The position numbers and the translations under genes were made by a program. The notes beneath the pieces were generated by a model, which worked only from the letters and a program-made list of their open reading frames with translations, had not been told where the DNA came from and searched no databases. 64,000 bases of DNA from Longimicrobiales bacterium (GTDB taxonomy: Bacteria > Gemmatimonadota > Gemmatimonadetes > Longimicrobiales > Gaopeijiaceae), in NCBI GenBank assembly GCA_965202805.1, contig OZ241869.1, positions 3,840,001 to 3,904,000 on the forward strand, read 5' to 3'. Of this stretch, positions 1 through 10,759 are shown piece by piece (position 1 is the stretch's first letter; each line of letters begins with the position of its first letter).

Positions 1-1146
<1,146 letters not shown>

Positions 1147-1171
1147 CGGGACGGCGCGGGAAGCCGCATAT

Positions 1172-1208
1172 CCACTACCGGTAGTGGGTACCCCACGACC
1201 CGTAGTGG
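1172..1208. promoter_or_regulatory. Tandem NrdR-box-like palindromes upstream of tmk
   Basis: CCACTACCGGTAGTGG (1172-1187, perfect palindrome) and CCACGACCCGTAGTGG (1193-1208), offset 21 bp; both fit the CACwA-N4-TwGTG pattern (second copy has one mismatch). Confidence 0.65.
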
Positions 1209-1290
1209 GGTGGGCCCCCGGCGCGGGATTGCGCTCCGCCTGTCCGGCTCCCGTGCGCGGCTGCGCGGGGAAGATGAACGGCGCGCCGGA

Positions 1291-1935
1291 ATGACGGGGT
1301 GCTTCGTCGTGCTTGAGGGCGGCGAGGGCGCGGGCAAGTCCACGCAGGCGGCGCTCCTGGCGGAATGGCTCCGGGACCGGGGCGTGCCCTGCACCCTGGC
1401 GCGCGAGCCGGGATCCACGGCGGTGGGCGAAGCCATTCGCGAGGTCGTGCTGGGGAGGACGGAGCTGGAGATGCCCGCGGAGTCGGAGCTGCTGCTGATC
1501 CTGGCGGCGCGCGCCGCGTTCGTGCGCGAGGTGGTGCATCCCGCGCTGGCCCGCGGCGATGTGGTCGTGGCGGATCGCTTCGACCTGTCCACGCTGGCGT
1601 ACCAGGGATACGGCCGCGGACTGGATCTCGCACAGGTGAGGGCGGCGATGGAGGTCGCGACCGCGGGTCTGCGCCCGGATCTCTACCTGGTGCTCGACGT
1701 GCCGGTGGAGGAGGGCGCGGTCCGGCGCCGGGCCTCGGGAGGCAGCGCCGATCGCATCGAGGGCGCGGGCGCCGACTTTCTGCACGCGGTCCGGGACGGA
1801 TATCTTGAACTGGCCGGGGCCGGGGAACGCGTGGAGCTGGTGAGCGGGCTGGGCAGGCCCGATCGCGTGCAGGCGCGGATCCTCGACTGCCTGCGACGGC
1901 GCCTGCCGGACGTCTTCGGGTCCCCGCGGACCTGA
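1291..1935 (+). CDS. tmk: dTMP (thymidylate) kinase
   Basis: P-loop EGGEGAGKST, REPG, ADRF..ST.AYQG motifs; ATG at 1291 gives normal length. Confidence 0.95.
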   Translation: MTGCFVVLEGGEGAGKSTQAALLAEWLRDRGVPCTLAREPGSTAVGEAIREVVLGRTELEMPAESELLLILAARAAFVREVVHPALARGDVVVADRFDLSTLAYQGYGRGLDLAQVRAAMEVATAGLRPDLYLVLDVPVEEGAVRRRASGGSADRIEGAGADFLHAVRDGYLELAGAGERVELVSGLGRPDRVQARILDCLRRRLPDVFGSPRT

Positions 1936-1948
1936 ATCGGAGAGACAC

Positions 1949-3562
1949 ATGAAGACCTTCCCACCGCGCATGGCTGTCCTGACGCTGGCCGCGAGCCTCT
2001 TCGCCGGGTGTGGCGAGACTGCTCCCGGCGACTCCGGGCCTCCGCCCCGGCGCGTCGGGGACGAGAGCATGCGTGCCGCCCTGTTCGAGAGCATCCTGGC
2101 CCGTACCGAGGCCCGCGAGGCCTTTTCGCCGGTGAAGAACGAGTCGCTGGGGCTGGATCCGCTCGAGGCGATGCGGGCCCTTCGCGACCGCGTGGTCTCG
2201 GCGGACAGCGAGGCCGAGCTGTTCTACGCGCTCGCGGCCCTCAGCGCCGCGCGCCGCGACCGCCACCTGGACGTGAGCCTGGTCCCCGGCGGGCTCGAGC
2301 TGCCCGACAGCGCCGGCCTGGAGGTGAGCGGAGGAAGCGCGCCCGAGCCCCGCCGGGCGGGCATGAGGGTGTTCCCCGACTACGGCGGCGAGGAACTCGC
2401 CTACTTCGTGGGCGAGATCGCGGAGGAAGCCGGCGGGCCGGCGGTCGGCAGCCGCGTAATCGGGGTGAACGGCATGCCCGTGGAGGCATGGCACGAGGCC
2501 GCGGCCGTCTACGTGCCCCACTCCACGGAGGCGGGCCTGCGCTGGAAGCTGGCGGAGGCCATGACCGTCTCCAGCGCGATCTTTCCGCCCGCCCTGCGCC
2601 CGGAGCGATTCACGCTGGCGGTGGATCTCGGGAGCGGAGCCGAGGGGCGCTTCCGGCTTCCCTGGTACGAGCCCGGCGAGCTCACCTGGTCCGGCCTCTC
2701 CGAGCCGCGCTATCCCGGTACCCGCAACGTGCTCGCCACCCCCACCTACGACTTCCTGGTGCCCGTCGCCCCGGCCGGACACGTGGTCCTGGTCTGGTAC
2801 GGGTTCCGGGAGACGATGGTCGAGGATGTCGACCGGCTGGTCGAGTACGCGGCCGCCAACGACCTCCTCGACCACACGCTGGTGATGGACGTCACCCGCA
2901 GCCGGGGCGGCTCGCTGGGGCCCTACGCCATGCAGCGCCTGCAGCCGCGCCCCTTCAGGACCACCTTCGGCAACCTGCGCCTGAGCGACGTCATCCAGCC
3001 CTTCATCGACGAGAAGCGGGCCGAAGCCGCCGAGCAGGGCGCGATGGACTCGGGGGTGCCGGAGGTGATCGACGACGGCACCTGGCTGCTCGACTGGCTG
3101 GAGACGGACGTGGCGCCCGCCCTGGCGCGCGGCGACGCCTATTCCAACGCGGTGCCGTTCAAGAGCGCCCACGCCCCGCGCGACTCGGACGGAATCCTCC
3201 AGCCGGCGCCGGTGCACTTCCGCGGGCCCATCGCGATCATCTCCGGACCGAGCGGCGGGTCGCACCTGGACCAGTTCGTCTCCATCATCTCCGACAACGG
3301 GCTCGGCCCGGTGGTGGGGATGCCGCCCGGGGGCTACTCCAACACCTGGGAATGGGAGGAGACGCTCACCCTCGAGCCCGGCGGGCAGCCCCTGGTCGGC
3401 TTCATGTGGAACATCGGCCAAACGCTGCGGCCCAACGGCGAGATCCTCGAAGGCAACCCGGTCGAGGTCGACGAGTGGATTCCGCTCACGGCGGACAACG
3501 TGGCCGACTACTACGCGATCCTGCTCGACCGGGCGCTGGCGCTTGCCGAAGCGTGGAACTGA
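1949..3562 (+). CDS. Lipoprotein, divergent S41-family peptidase-like
   Basis: Lipobox LFAGC; PDZ-like GSRVIGVNG; DVTRSRGG resembles DLRxNxGG; SGGSHLD resembles the S41 Ser motif; GGAGA RBS. Confidence 0.55.
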   Translation: MKTFPPRMAVLTLAASLFAGCGETAPGDSGPPPRRVGDESMRAALFESILARTEAREAFSPVKNESLGLDPLEAMRALRDRVVSADSEAELFYALAALSAARRDRHLDVSLVPGGLELPDSAGLEVSGGSAPEPRRAGMRVFPDYGGEELAYFVGEIAEEAGGPAVGSRVIGVNGMPVEAWHEAAAVYVPHSTEAGLRWKLAEAMTVSSAIFPPALRPERFTLAVDLGSGAEGRFRLPWYEPGELTWSGLSEPRYPGTRNVLATPTYDFLVPVAPAGHVVLVWYGFRETMVEDVDRLVEYAAANDLLDHTLVMDVTRSRGGSLGPYAMQRLQPRPFRTTFGNLRLSDVIQPFIDEKRAEAAEQGAMDSGVPEVIDDGTWLLDWLETDVAPALARGDAYSNAVPFKSAHAPRDSDGILQPAPVHFRGPIAIISGPSGGSHLDQFVSIISDNGLGPVVGMPPGGYSNTWEWEETLTLEPGGQPLVGFMWNIGQTLRPNGEILEGNPVEVDEWIPLTADNVADYYAILLDRALALAEAWN

Positions 3563-3661
3563 GGGAATCCGGGAGCGGGCCCGGGCGACGCGCGCGGATC
3601 ACGGCCTGATGAGCGGCGCCGGCGCGCCCCGCGACCGGCCGGTCCGCCCAGGCCCCCGGGC

Positions 3662-4900
3662 ATGAGTCGCCCGCCGGAATCCAGGCCCCGCCGGTTCGGA
3701 CCGGGCGCGCGCATCTTCGCCGGCATGGCGGTGGGGATCGTCGCCGGTGCGATGCTGGGCGAACGGGCCGCCGTGCTCCAGCCGGTCGGCGACCTCTTCA
3801 TCCGGCTCCTGGTGCTGGCCGCGGTGCCGTTGGTCTGCTTCAACCTGCTGGCCGGGCTGGCGGCCCACTCGGGCGTGCGCGCCTTCGGGCGGCTGGCCGC
3901 GAAGATCCTGGCCTGGTTCGTCGCCACGGACCTGGTCGCGCTGTACGCGGGGATGGGGGCGATGACGCTCCTCCGGCCCGGCGCCGGAATGGAGCTGACG
4001 ACCCCGGTGGACGAAGCCGTGGGGGCGGTGCCATCGCTCGCGGACGTCCTGCTGGACATGATCCCGGTCAACCTCTTCCAGGCCTTCGCGGAGGGAAACA
4101 TCGTGCAGGTCGTGGTGGCTTCGCTCGCGATCGGGGTGGCGACCCTGATGCTCGGCGGCGGGGCGCGCGCGCGGCTGGAGGCGGCTTACCGCGACCTGGC
4201 CGACCTCTTCCGCCGCCTCGTGGACCTGGTGCTCGTGCTGGCGCCGCTCGGGATCGGCGCGCTGATGGCGGTGACCGCCGGACGCTACGGGGCCGAGCTG
4301 ATCGGCGGGCTGGCGCGCTTCCTGGCGGGGGTGTGGGGCGCCCAGGCGCTGCTCTTCTGCGGGTACATGCTCGTGCTCCGCTTCCTGACCGCGCAGCATC
4401 CCCGGCGCTTCCTGAGCGAGACCGGTCCCCTGTGGGCGACCACGGCGGCGACCTCCTCCAGCCTGGCCTCGCTCTCGGTCGGCCTGGAGAAGGCGGAGAA
4501 GCTGCGCGTGCCGCAGTCGGTCTACGGCTTCACCCTGCCGCTGGGCGCGCAGCTCAACAAGGACGGCACCGCGGTCATGCTCGGTGCGGTGCTGGTCTTC
4601 ACGGCGCAGGCGGCGGGGGTGGAGTTCGGCCCCGAGGCGCTGCTCGCCATCCTGCCGATCGGGCTCCTGCTCTCGCAGGGCTCGGGGGGGATTCCGGGCG
4701 GCGGTTTCGTGGTGGCCCTGGTCTACGTGCAGGCGTTCAGCCTGCCGATCGAGATCGCCGCCATGGTGGGCGGCATATACCGGCTGGTCGACATGGGGAA
4801 CACGACGCTGAACATCATGGGGGACATGGTCGGGACGGCGCTGGTGGCGGGGCGCGGGGCGGGCGGGGCCAGGCCCACGACCTCCGGAGCGGCCTCGTGA
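3662..4900 (+). CDS. Dicarboxylate/amino acid:cation symporter (DAACS/GltP family)
   Basis: Multiple TM helices, TSSSLAS serine-rich motif, LPLGAQLNKDGT, DMGNTTLNIMGD. Confidence 0.92.
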   Translation: MSRPPESRPRRFGPGARIFAGMAVGIVAGAMLGERAAVLQPVGDLFIRLLVLAAVPLVCFNLLAGLAAHSGVRAFGRLAAKILAWFVATDLVALYAGMGAMTLLRPGAGMELTTPVDEAVGAVPSLADVLLDMIPVNLFQAFAEGNIVQVVVASLAIGVATLMLGGGARARLEAAYRDLADLFRRLVDLVLVLAPLGIGALMAVTAGRYGAELIGGLARFLAGVWGAQALLFCGYMLVLRFLTAQHPRRFLSETGPLWATTAATSSSLASLSVGLEKAEKLRVPQSVYGFTLPLGAQLNKDGTAVMLGAVLVFTAQAAGVEFGPEALLAILPIGLLLSQGSGGIPGGGFVVALVYVQAFSLPIEIAAMVGGIYRLVDMGNTTLNIMGDMVGTALVAGRGAGGARPTTSGAAS

Positions 4901-6075
4901 ACCCCGCGGTGCGCGCGCTCTTTCCGGGCGCCGGACGCCGGGCCTACTTCGACATCGCCGCGCGTTGCCTGCTCGCAGAGCCGGTGCGGGATGCCGCCGC
5001 CGCCCACCTGGAGACGCGCATGCGCGAGGGGGGCGACAAGGACGAGCTGCGGGCGGTGGTCGAGGAGGCCCGCTCCGGTTTCGCCGCCCTGGTCGGGGCC
5101 GCCCCGGAGGAGATCGCCGTCACCAAGAACGTCTCCGACGGGCTCAACCTCTTCGCCGCCAGCCTGCCGTGGCGGGCCGGGGACAACGTGGTCTTCTGCC
5201 CGGAGCTCGAGCACCCCAACAACATCTACCTGTGGTACAACCTGCGCCGCACGCGGGGGGTGGAGGTGCGCCCGGTCGCGCCGGTGGCCGGGGAGGTGCC
5301 GGTGGAGGCGATGGTTGCGGCCATGGACGAGCGCACGCGCTTGGTGACGGTGCCGAGCATCTCCTTCGCGCCCGGCTTCGTGACCGACATGGCCGCGGTC
5401 GCGGCGGCGGCGCGGGGAGTGGGGGCCCTCACCCTGGTCGACGCGGCCCAGTCGGTGGGGGCGGCGGTCACGGACGTGCGCCGCCTGGGGATCGACGCCC
5501 TCGCGGTGGCGACCCAGAAGTGCCTGCTCTCGCTCTACGGGTTCGGGTTTCTCTACGTGCGCCGCGAGCTGGCCGACGGCCTGATCCCGGGTCACGTGGC
5601 CCGCTACGGCATCGAGCTCGGAGGCGCCCACGAGACCGCCTTCTCGGCCGACGAGCTTCGCTACCGCCCGGGCGCGCTGCGCTTCGATGTCGGCAACTAC
5701 AACTACCTGGGCGCCGTGGCCGCCCGCGCCGCGCTCAAGCTGATCCGCGAGTGGACGGTCGAGGCCATCGAGGCACATGTCCGCCGGGTGGCGAAGCAGC
5801 TGGCCACGGGCCTGGCCGAGCTCGGGCTGCCCGTGGTCGGAGGGGCGGCGGCGGCGCGCAGGGCGCACATCGTGACGGTCGGCACCAGCGGCGGCGGGCG
5901 CCACTACACGGCGGACGATCCGGCGATGAACGCGCTCCATGCGCGCCTGAACGCCGATGGCGTCCGGCTCGCCATCCGCAGCGGAGTGTTGCGCTTTTCG
6001 GTGGGCGTCTACAACGATGATTCGGACGTGGAGCGCGTCCTGGCCAGCGCCCGCCGGTGGAGCGAGGGCCGGTAA
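4897..6075 (+). CDS. Class V aminotransferase-fold PLP enzyme
   Basis: EHPNN, VDAAQSVG and ATQKCL (PLP Lys) motifs; GTG overlaps the TGA of the transporter. Confidence 0.88.
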   Translation: MNPAVRALFPGAGRRAYFDIAARCLLAEPVRDAAAAHLETRMREGGDKDELRAVVEEARSGFAALVGAAPEEIAVTKNVSDGLNLFAASLPWRAGDNVVFCPELEHPNNIYLWYNLRRTRGVEVRPVAPVAGEVPVEAMVAAMDERTRLVTVPSISFAPGFVTDMAAVAAAARGVGALTLVDAAQSVGAAVTDVRRLGIDALAVATQKCLLSLYGFGFLYVRRELADGLIPGHVARYGIELGGAHETAFSADELRYRPGALRFDVGNYNYLGAVAARAALKLIREWTVEAIEAHVRRVAKQLATGLAELGLPVVGGAAAARRAHIVTVGTSGGGRHYTADDPAMNALHARLNADGVRLAIRSGVLRFSVGVYNDDSDVERVLASARRWSEGR

Positions 6076-6242
6076 CGTTCGACGTGCGCCGGTCCGGAAA
6101 CCTTCGGCGCGGGCGGGGTTAGCAACCGGACAGCCCCTGGTTCCGTCCAATTGAGGAGACCCGACGCGGGGAACTCCGGTTCCCTCGCGTGAACCAGCCA
6201 CGCGGGAAGCCCGAAGCCCGCCCCGGCCGAGGCGTGACACCC

Positions 6243-7925
6243 ATGCGATTCTCCCGCTCCCTGTTCGCTCCGGGCCTCATTCTGGCAGCGGCCCTGCTGT
6301 GCGGCGGGTGGTTCCTCCAGCAGGGCATCGCCCAGGATCGCAACGTCTATTTCCAGGCACGCCTCCTGGAAGAGGTGCTCGACCGGGTATCGGCGGACTT
6401 CGTCGATCCCATCGAGCTGAATGCGCTCTACGGCACCGCGATCGACGCCGTCATCGACGAACTCGACGATCCCAACACGGAGTTCCTGAGCGCCTACGAA
6501 TGGTCCAACCTGCGCATCCGCACGGATGGAGAGTACGCCGGAGTGGGGCTGGAAATCGTCCGTCAGGGAGACTGGATCACCGTGATGAGCGCCCTGCCCG
6601 GCACGCCGGGAGAGCGGGCGGGCATCCGCGCCGGTGACCGCATCGTCGAGGTTGAAGGCGAATCCGCCCGGGGCTGGAACCCGGACCGGGCGGTCATGTC
6701 GCTGCGGGGGGAGCCGGGCACGGAGGTCAGCGTGGGCATCGGGCGTCCGGGGATCGAGGAACCCATCCCCTTCACGCTGGAGAGGGCCACGGTTCAGATC
6801 CTCTCCGTGCCGTTCACGCATCTCTTCGAGGACGGGGTGGGATACGTCCCCCTGCGGGTGTTCAGCGAGAGCGCCCGCGACGAACTCGAGAGCGCCATCG
6901 AGGAGCTGATCGAGGAAGGCGCCACCCGGATGATCCTGGATTTGCGCGGAAACCCCGGCGGGTTGCTGGATCAGGGCGTCGCGCTGGCCGATCTCTTCCT
7001 CGGAGAGGAGCTCACGGTAGCGGAGACGCGCGGTCGCACGAGGAGCCAGAACTCCGTCCTGCGCACATCGCAGGGCGAGTCCTTCCCCGAGCTTCCCCTG
7101 GTGATTCTGATCGACGGACGCAGTGCGAGCGCGTCCGAGATCGTCGCGGGTGCGCTTCAGGACCACGATCGGGCGCTGGTTCTGGGAGCGACCTCGTTCG
7201 GCAAGGGCCTGGTGCAGACGCTCTATCGGCTGAGCGGGGGCAACATGCTCAAGTTGACCACGGCGCGCTGGTACACGCCGTCGGGACGCTCGATACAGAA
7301 AGCCCGGGCAGGCGACGAATCGGCCTTCGACGACGTCGTGCTGACCCTGGCGGGGCAGTGGGTGCGCCGTTCGGACGCCGAGGACCGGCAGCCGTACCGG
7401 TCCTTCGGGGGCAGAAGCCTGCTCGGGGGCGGCGGCATCACCCCGGATCTGCGGGTGCTTCCCGATACCCTGACCGACGCCGAAGAGACTGCGGTGCTGC
7501 AGTTGTGGCGGCAGGCGCGCGGCTTCAGCGACGCCCTGTTCGAGTTCGCCGTCCTCTACATTCAGGAGCGGCCGAATCTCGCTGCGGGCTCCGCGATCGG
7601 GGACGGCGACCTCGCGCGTTTCCGGCGGCACCTTGCCGAGAAGGGGATCGACGCCGAGGCTGCGACGCTGGAGCGCGCGGAACGCTTTGTCCGGTTCCAG
7701 CTGGAGCGCGAGATTGCCCGCAGGCGAGCGGGTCGCGAAGGCGAGTTTCTCCGCCTGATGACCGCGGATCCGCCGCTGGCGCGCGCGGTCGAGCTGCTGG
7801 CGGGCGCGCGGTCGCAGCAGGACCTGTTCGATCTGGTTGCCGCCGAAGAGTCCCTCGCGACGAGCGCCCCTCCGGCTGCGGGCGGCATCGCTCCGGGCGA
7901 TTCGCCGGGCCCGGGGTCCTTCTGA
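6243..7925 (+). CDS. ctpA: Carboxyl-terminal processing protease, S41A
   Basis: N-terminal signal/TM segment, PDZ (GVGLEI), DLRGNPGG, SASASE, SFGKG, TTARWYTPSGRSIQ. Confidence 0.93.
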   Translation: MRFSRSLFAPGLILAAALLCGGWFLQQGIAQDRNVYFQARLLEEVLDRVSADFVDPIELNALYGTAIDAVIDELDDPNTEFLSAYEWSNLRIRTDGEYAGVGLEIVRQGDWITVMSALPGTPGERAGIRAGDRIVEVEGESARGWNPDRAVMSLRGEPGTEVSVGIGRPGIEEPIPFTLERATVQILSVPFTHLFEDGVGYVPLRVFSESARDELESAIEELIEEGATRMILDLRGNPGGLLDQGVALADLFLGEELTVAETRGRTRSQNSVLRTSQGESFPELPLVILIDGRSASASEIVAGALQDHDRALVLGATSFGKGLVQTLYRLSGGNMLKLTTARWYTPSGRSIQKARAGDESAFDDVVLTLAGQWVRRSDAEDRQPYRSFGGRSLLGGGGITPDLRVLPDTLTDAEETAVLQLWRQARGFSDALFEFAVLYIQERPNLAAGSAIGDGDLARFRRHLAEKGIDAEAATLERAERFVRFQLEREIARRRAGREGEFLRLMTADPPLARAVELLAGARSQQDLFDLVAAEESLATSAPPAAGGIAPGDSPGPGSF

Positions 7926-8046
7926 GGGAGCGTCCGCCGGCCCTCGCTCGCCGGTCGACTCATCCTGCCATTCCATCGCCCGGAGAAAAGATGTTCCTTT
8001 CCCGTGCGAGTCGCGGACGGCGTCCGCCGCTTTCGTGAGCCGGGGC

Positions 8047-9066
8047 ATGAGCGGACCGGCGCGCCGGGGTGCCGGCGGGCCGTACGTCCGGGTAACGCGC
8101 TGCGGCACCGTCGAGTCGATGCACCGAGTGCACGTGGCGGTGGCCGATGCCCTCGGGCGGCTGGTCGGCGGCTGCGGCGACCCTGGACAGGTGGCGTTCT
8201 ACCGGTCGGCCGCAAAGCCCTTCCAGGCGCTTCCGCTGGTGGAGGACGGCGTGGTGGACCGGTTCGGGTTCACGGAGGAAGAGCTCGCGCTGTGTTGCGC
8301 GTCCCACAACGCCGAACCCGAACACCTGGCTCTGGCGCGAAGCATGCTGGCCCGGGCCGGGCTGGACGAGCGCGCGCTGGCGTGCGGACCGCATCCGTCG
8401 CTGCGGCCGGAACGGGCTCGCGAGTTGTGGGCCCGGGGGGCCCGGCTCGGCGCCGTGCACAACAACTGTTCGGGCAAGCATGCGGGGATGCTCGCCCTGG
8501 CGGTGGCCAGGGGATGGCCCCCCGGTGGCTACCTTGAGCCCGGCCATCCCGTGCAGCAGCGCATGCTCGCCGAGATCGCGCGCTGGACGGGGGTGGCGGC
8601 ATCGGAACTCGTGACCGGGACCGACGGATGCGGGGTAGTGACCTTCGCGCTTCCGCTGGCGGACATGGCGGCATCGTTCGCGCGCTTCACGGCGGCGGCG
8701 GATGCGGGAGATCCCCCTGCGCGCATCGTAGCCGCGATGACGGGGCATCCGTTCGCGGTGGGGGGCACGGGCCGCACCTGCACGGCGGTAATGGAACGGC
8801 TGGGTGGCCGGGTGTTCGTCAAGACGGGCGCCGAGGGCGTGTACTGCGGAGGCGTGCCCGGGCGCGGCCTGGGCTTCGCGCTCAAGGTGGAGGACGGGGC
8901 CCGGCGCGCGAGCGACGTCGCCCTCGTCAGGGTGCTGTCGGATCTGGGCGTTGCGGACGCGGACGACGTCTCGGCGCTCACGGAGGGGCGCATCGAGGTG
9001 TTCAATACCCTGGGGATGGACGTGGGACGGATCGAGAACGCGTTCCGGGTCGAGATGAATCGGTGA
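8047..9066 (+). CDS. L-asparaginase II (class 3, Rhizobium etli AnsA-type)
   Basis: RSAAKPFQ, CASH, NNCSGKH, DGCG and KTGAEG motifs. Confidence 0.9.
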   Translation: MSGPARRGAGGPYVRVTRCGTVESMHRVHVAVADALGRLVGGCGDPGQVAFYRSAAKPFQALPLVEDGVVDRFGFTEEELALCCASHNAEPEHLALARSMLARAGLDERALACGPHPSLRPERARELWARGARLGAVHNNCSGKHAGMLALAVARGWPPGGYLEPGHPVQQRMLAEIARWTGVAASELVTGTDGCGVVTFALPLADMAASFARFTAAADAGDPPARIVAAMTGHPFAVGGTGRTCTAVMERLGGRVFVKTGAEGVYCGGVPGRGLGFALKVEDGARRASDVALVRVLSDLGVADADDVSALTEGRIEVFNTLGMDVGRIENAFRVEMNR

Positions 9067-9710
9067 CCGAAGCAGTTGGGGATGGGGCCGCGCCCGAGCC
9101 GCCGCTCGCCCCGGCGGAGCGGTCGCTGGTGAGGGTGAGCGCCGCGCTGGCGGCGGGAAGGGAGGAGGCCCTCCGCTCCGCGCTGGCGGACGCGGCGTGC
9201 GCCGCCGGCCCGGTGGAGGTGGAGGAGGCGCTCTTGCAAAGCTACCTGTTTCTGGGGTACCCGACGGCCCTCGCCGCGCTTGCGCTGTGGCGGGAGCTGA
9301 ATCCGGCACCGGCCGCGGAGGCGAGCCCCGACGACTGGCCGGGATGGGCGCGCCGGGGCGCAGCGCTCTGCCGTCGCGTCTACTCCACGCGGTACCGGGA
9401 GTTGCGTGCGAACGTCCGGCGCCTGCACCCCGACCTGGAGCGATGGATGGTGGTGGAAGGCTACGGCAAGGTCCTCTGCCGCCCGGGGCTGGACCCGCTC
9501 GTCCGGGAGTACTGCATCGTGGCCCTGCTCGCCGTGGCCGACGCGGGCCCGCAACTGTATTCGCACCTGCGCGGGGCGCTCAACCTGGGAGCTCCGGCGG
9601 GTGCGCTGGTGGAGACCCTGGAGGTGGCTGGCCGGTTCATGGACGAGGCTCGATGCGAGGCCGCGCGCGCCACATGGCGCCGGGTGCTGTCCCGCCGGAA
9701 GGAAGGGTAG
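9063..9710 (+). CDS. Carboxymuconolactone decarboxylase/AhpD-like family protein
   Basis: EALLQSYLFLGYP, YGKVLCRPGLD..RE and SHLRGALNLG motifs; GTGA overlap with the upstream gene. Confidence 0.8.
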   Translation: MTEAVGDGAAPEPPLAPAERSLVRVSAALAAGREEALRSALADAACAAGPVEVEEALLQSYLFLGYPTALAALALWRELNPAPAAEASPDDWPGWARRGAALCRRVYSTRYRELRANVRRLHPDLERWMVVEGYGKVLCRPGLDPLVREYCIVALLAVADAGPQLYSHLRGALNLGAPAGALVETLEVAGRFMDEARCEAARATWRRVLSRRKEG

Positions 9711-9713
9711 CCG

Positions 9714-10706
9714 ATGGGCGAGGCGATCTTCGTCGACCGGGCCGTCATCGAGGTGGCTGCGGGAACCGGCGGGTCCGGGGCCGAGGCGTTTCGGCGGGAG
9801 AAGGGCACGCCGCGCGGGGGGCCGTCCGGGGGAGACGGAGGCCGCGGGGGGGATGTGGTGCTCGTCACCGACCCTCAGCTCTCGACCCTGCTCGATTTCA
9901 GCTACCGGCGTCACTACCGGGCGGAGAGGGGGCGGCACGGCGGGGGCAGCAACCGCACCGGCCGCAGCGGCGCGCACCGGGTGGTGTCCGTGCCACCGGG
10001 CACCACCGTGCGGGACGCCGACACCTCGGAACTCATCGGCGAACTGCTCGCGGCCAGCGACCGGGTGGTGGTCGCCCGGGGGGGGCGGGGGGGGCGGGGC
10101 AACGCCCGCTTCGCCTCGGCGCGCAACCAGGCACCGACGCGGTGGGAACCGGGCGCCGAGGGAGAGGTCCGGCGCATCGCACTCGAACTCAAGCTGATCG
10201 CGGACGTCGGCCTGGTCGGAGAACCCAACGCCGGCAAGTCGACCCTGCTCGCGAGCGTGTCGGCGGCGCGGCCAAAGGTGGCTGAGTATCCCTTTACCAC
10301 GCTCGTGCCCAGCCTGGGAGTGGTTCACCTGCCCGACTTTCGATCCTTCGTGCTGGCCGACATCCCGGGCATCATCGAAGGCGCGCACGAGGGGAAGGGC
10401 CTGGGACTGCGCTTTCTGCGCCACGTCGAGCGCACGCGCACGCTGGTGTATCTGATTCCGGCCGACTCGGGCGACCCCCAGGCGGAGTACGAGCGGCTGC
10501 GCTCCGAGTTGCGAAGCCACTCCCGCGCCCTGGCCGCAAGAGAGCATTGCCTGGTGGTGTCCAAGATGGACCTGGTGGATCCCGGCGCCCCGGCGCCTCC
10601 GATCGAGGCGCCCGACGCATGGGGGTGCTTCGCGGTGTCCGCGGTGACCCGCCGCGGCATCGACGAGTTGTGCGAGGCGCTGTGGCGTCGAACCCGGCAG
10701 AGCTGA
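9714..10706 (+). CDS. obgE: GTPase ObgE
   Basis: FVD..I, glycine-rich Obg fold, GEPNAGKST, YPFTT, DIPG, FLRHVER, SKMD. Confidence 0.97.
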   Translation: MGEAIFVDRAVIEVAAGTGGSGAEAFRREKGTPRGGPSGGDGGRGGDVVLVTDPQLSTLLDFSYRRHYRAERGRHGGGSNRTGRSGAHRVVSVPPGTTVRDADTSELIGELLAASDRVVVARGGRGGRGNARFASARNQAPTRWEPGAEGEVRRIALELKLIADVGLVGEPNAGKSTLLASVSAARPKVAEYPFTTLVPSLGVVHLPDFRSFVLADIPGIIEGAHEGKGLGLRFLRHVERTRTLVYLIPADSGDPQAEYERLRSELRSHSRALAAREHCLVVSKMDLVDPGAPAPPIEAPDAWGCFAVSAVTRRGIDELCEALWRRTRQS

Positions 10707-10759
10707 CCGTCGTGCCCGGTCCATCGACGTCCTCAGCGGCGGACGCCCCGCTCGATGTC

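Noticed and set aside
4897..6075. Calling the PLP enzyme SufS/IscS
   Set aside because: Catalytic Cys loop absent and no Fe-S cluster genes nearby
6119..6145. TTAGCAACC as a possible CIRCE left arm
   Set aside because: No matching GAGTGCTAA arm at 9-bp spacing
10077..10099. Long G runs as a phase-variation tract or G-quadruplex
   Set aside because: They encode the conserved GGRGGRG of the Obg fold and the frame is intact
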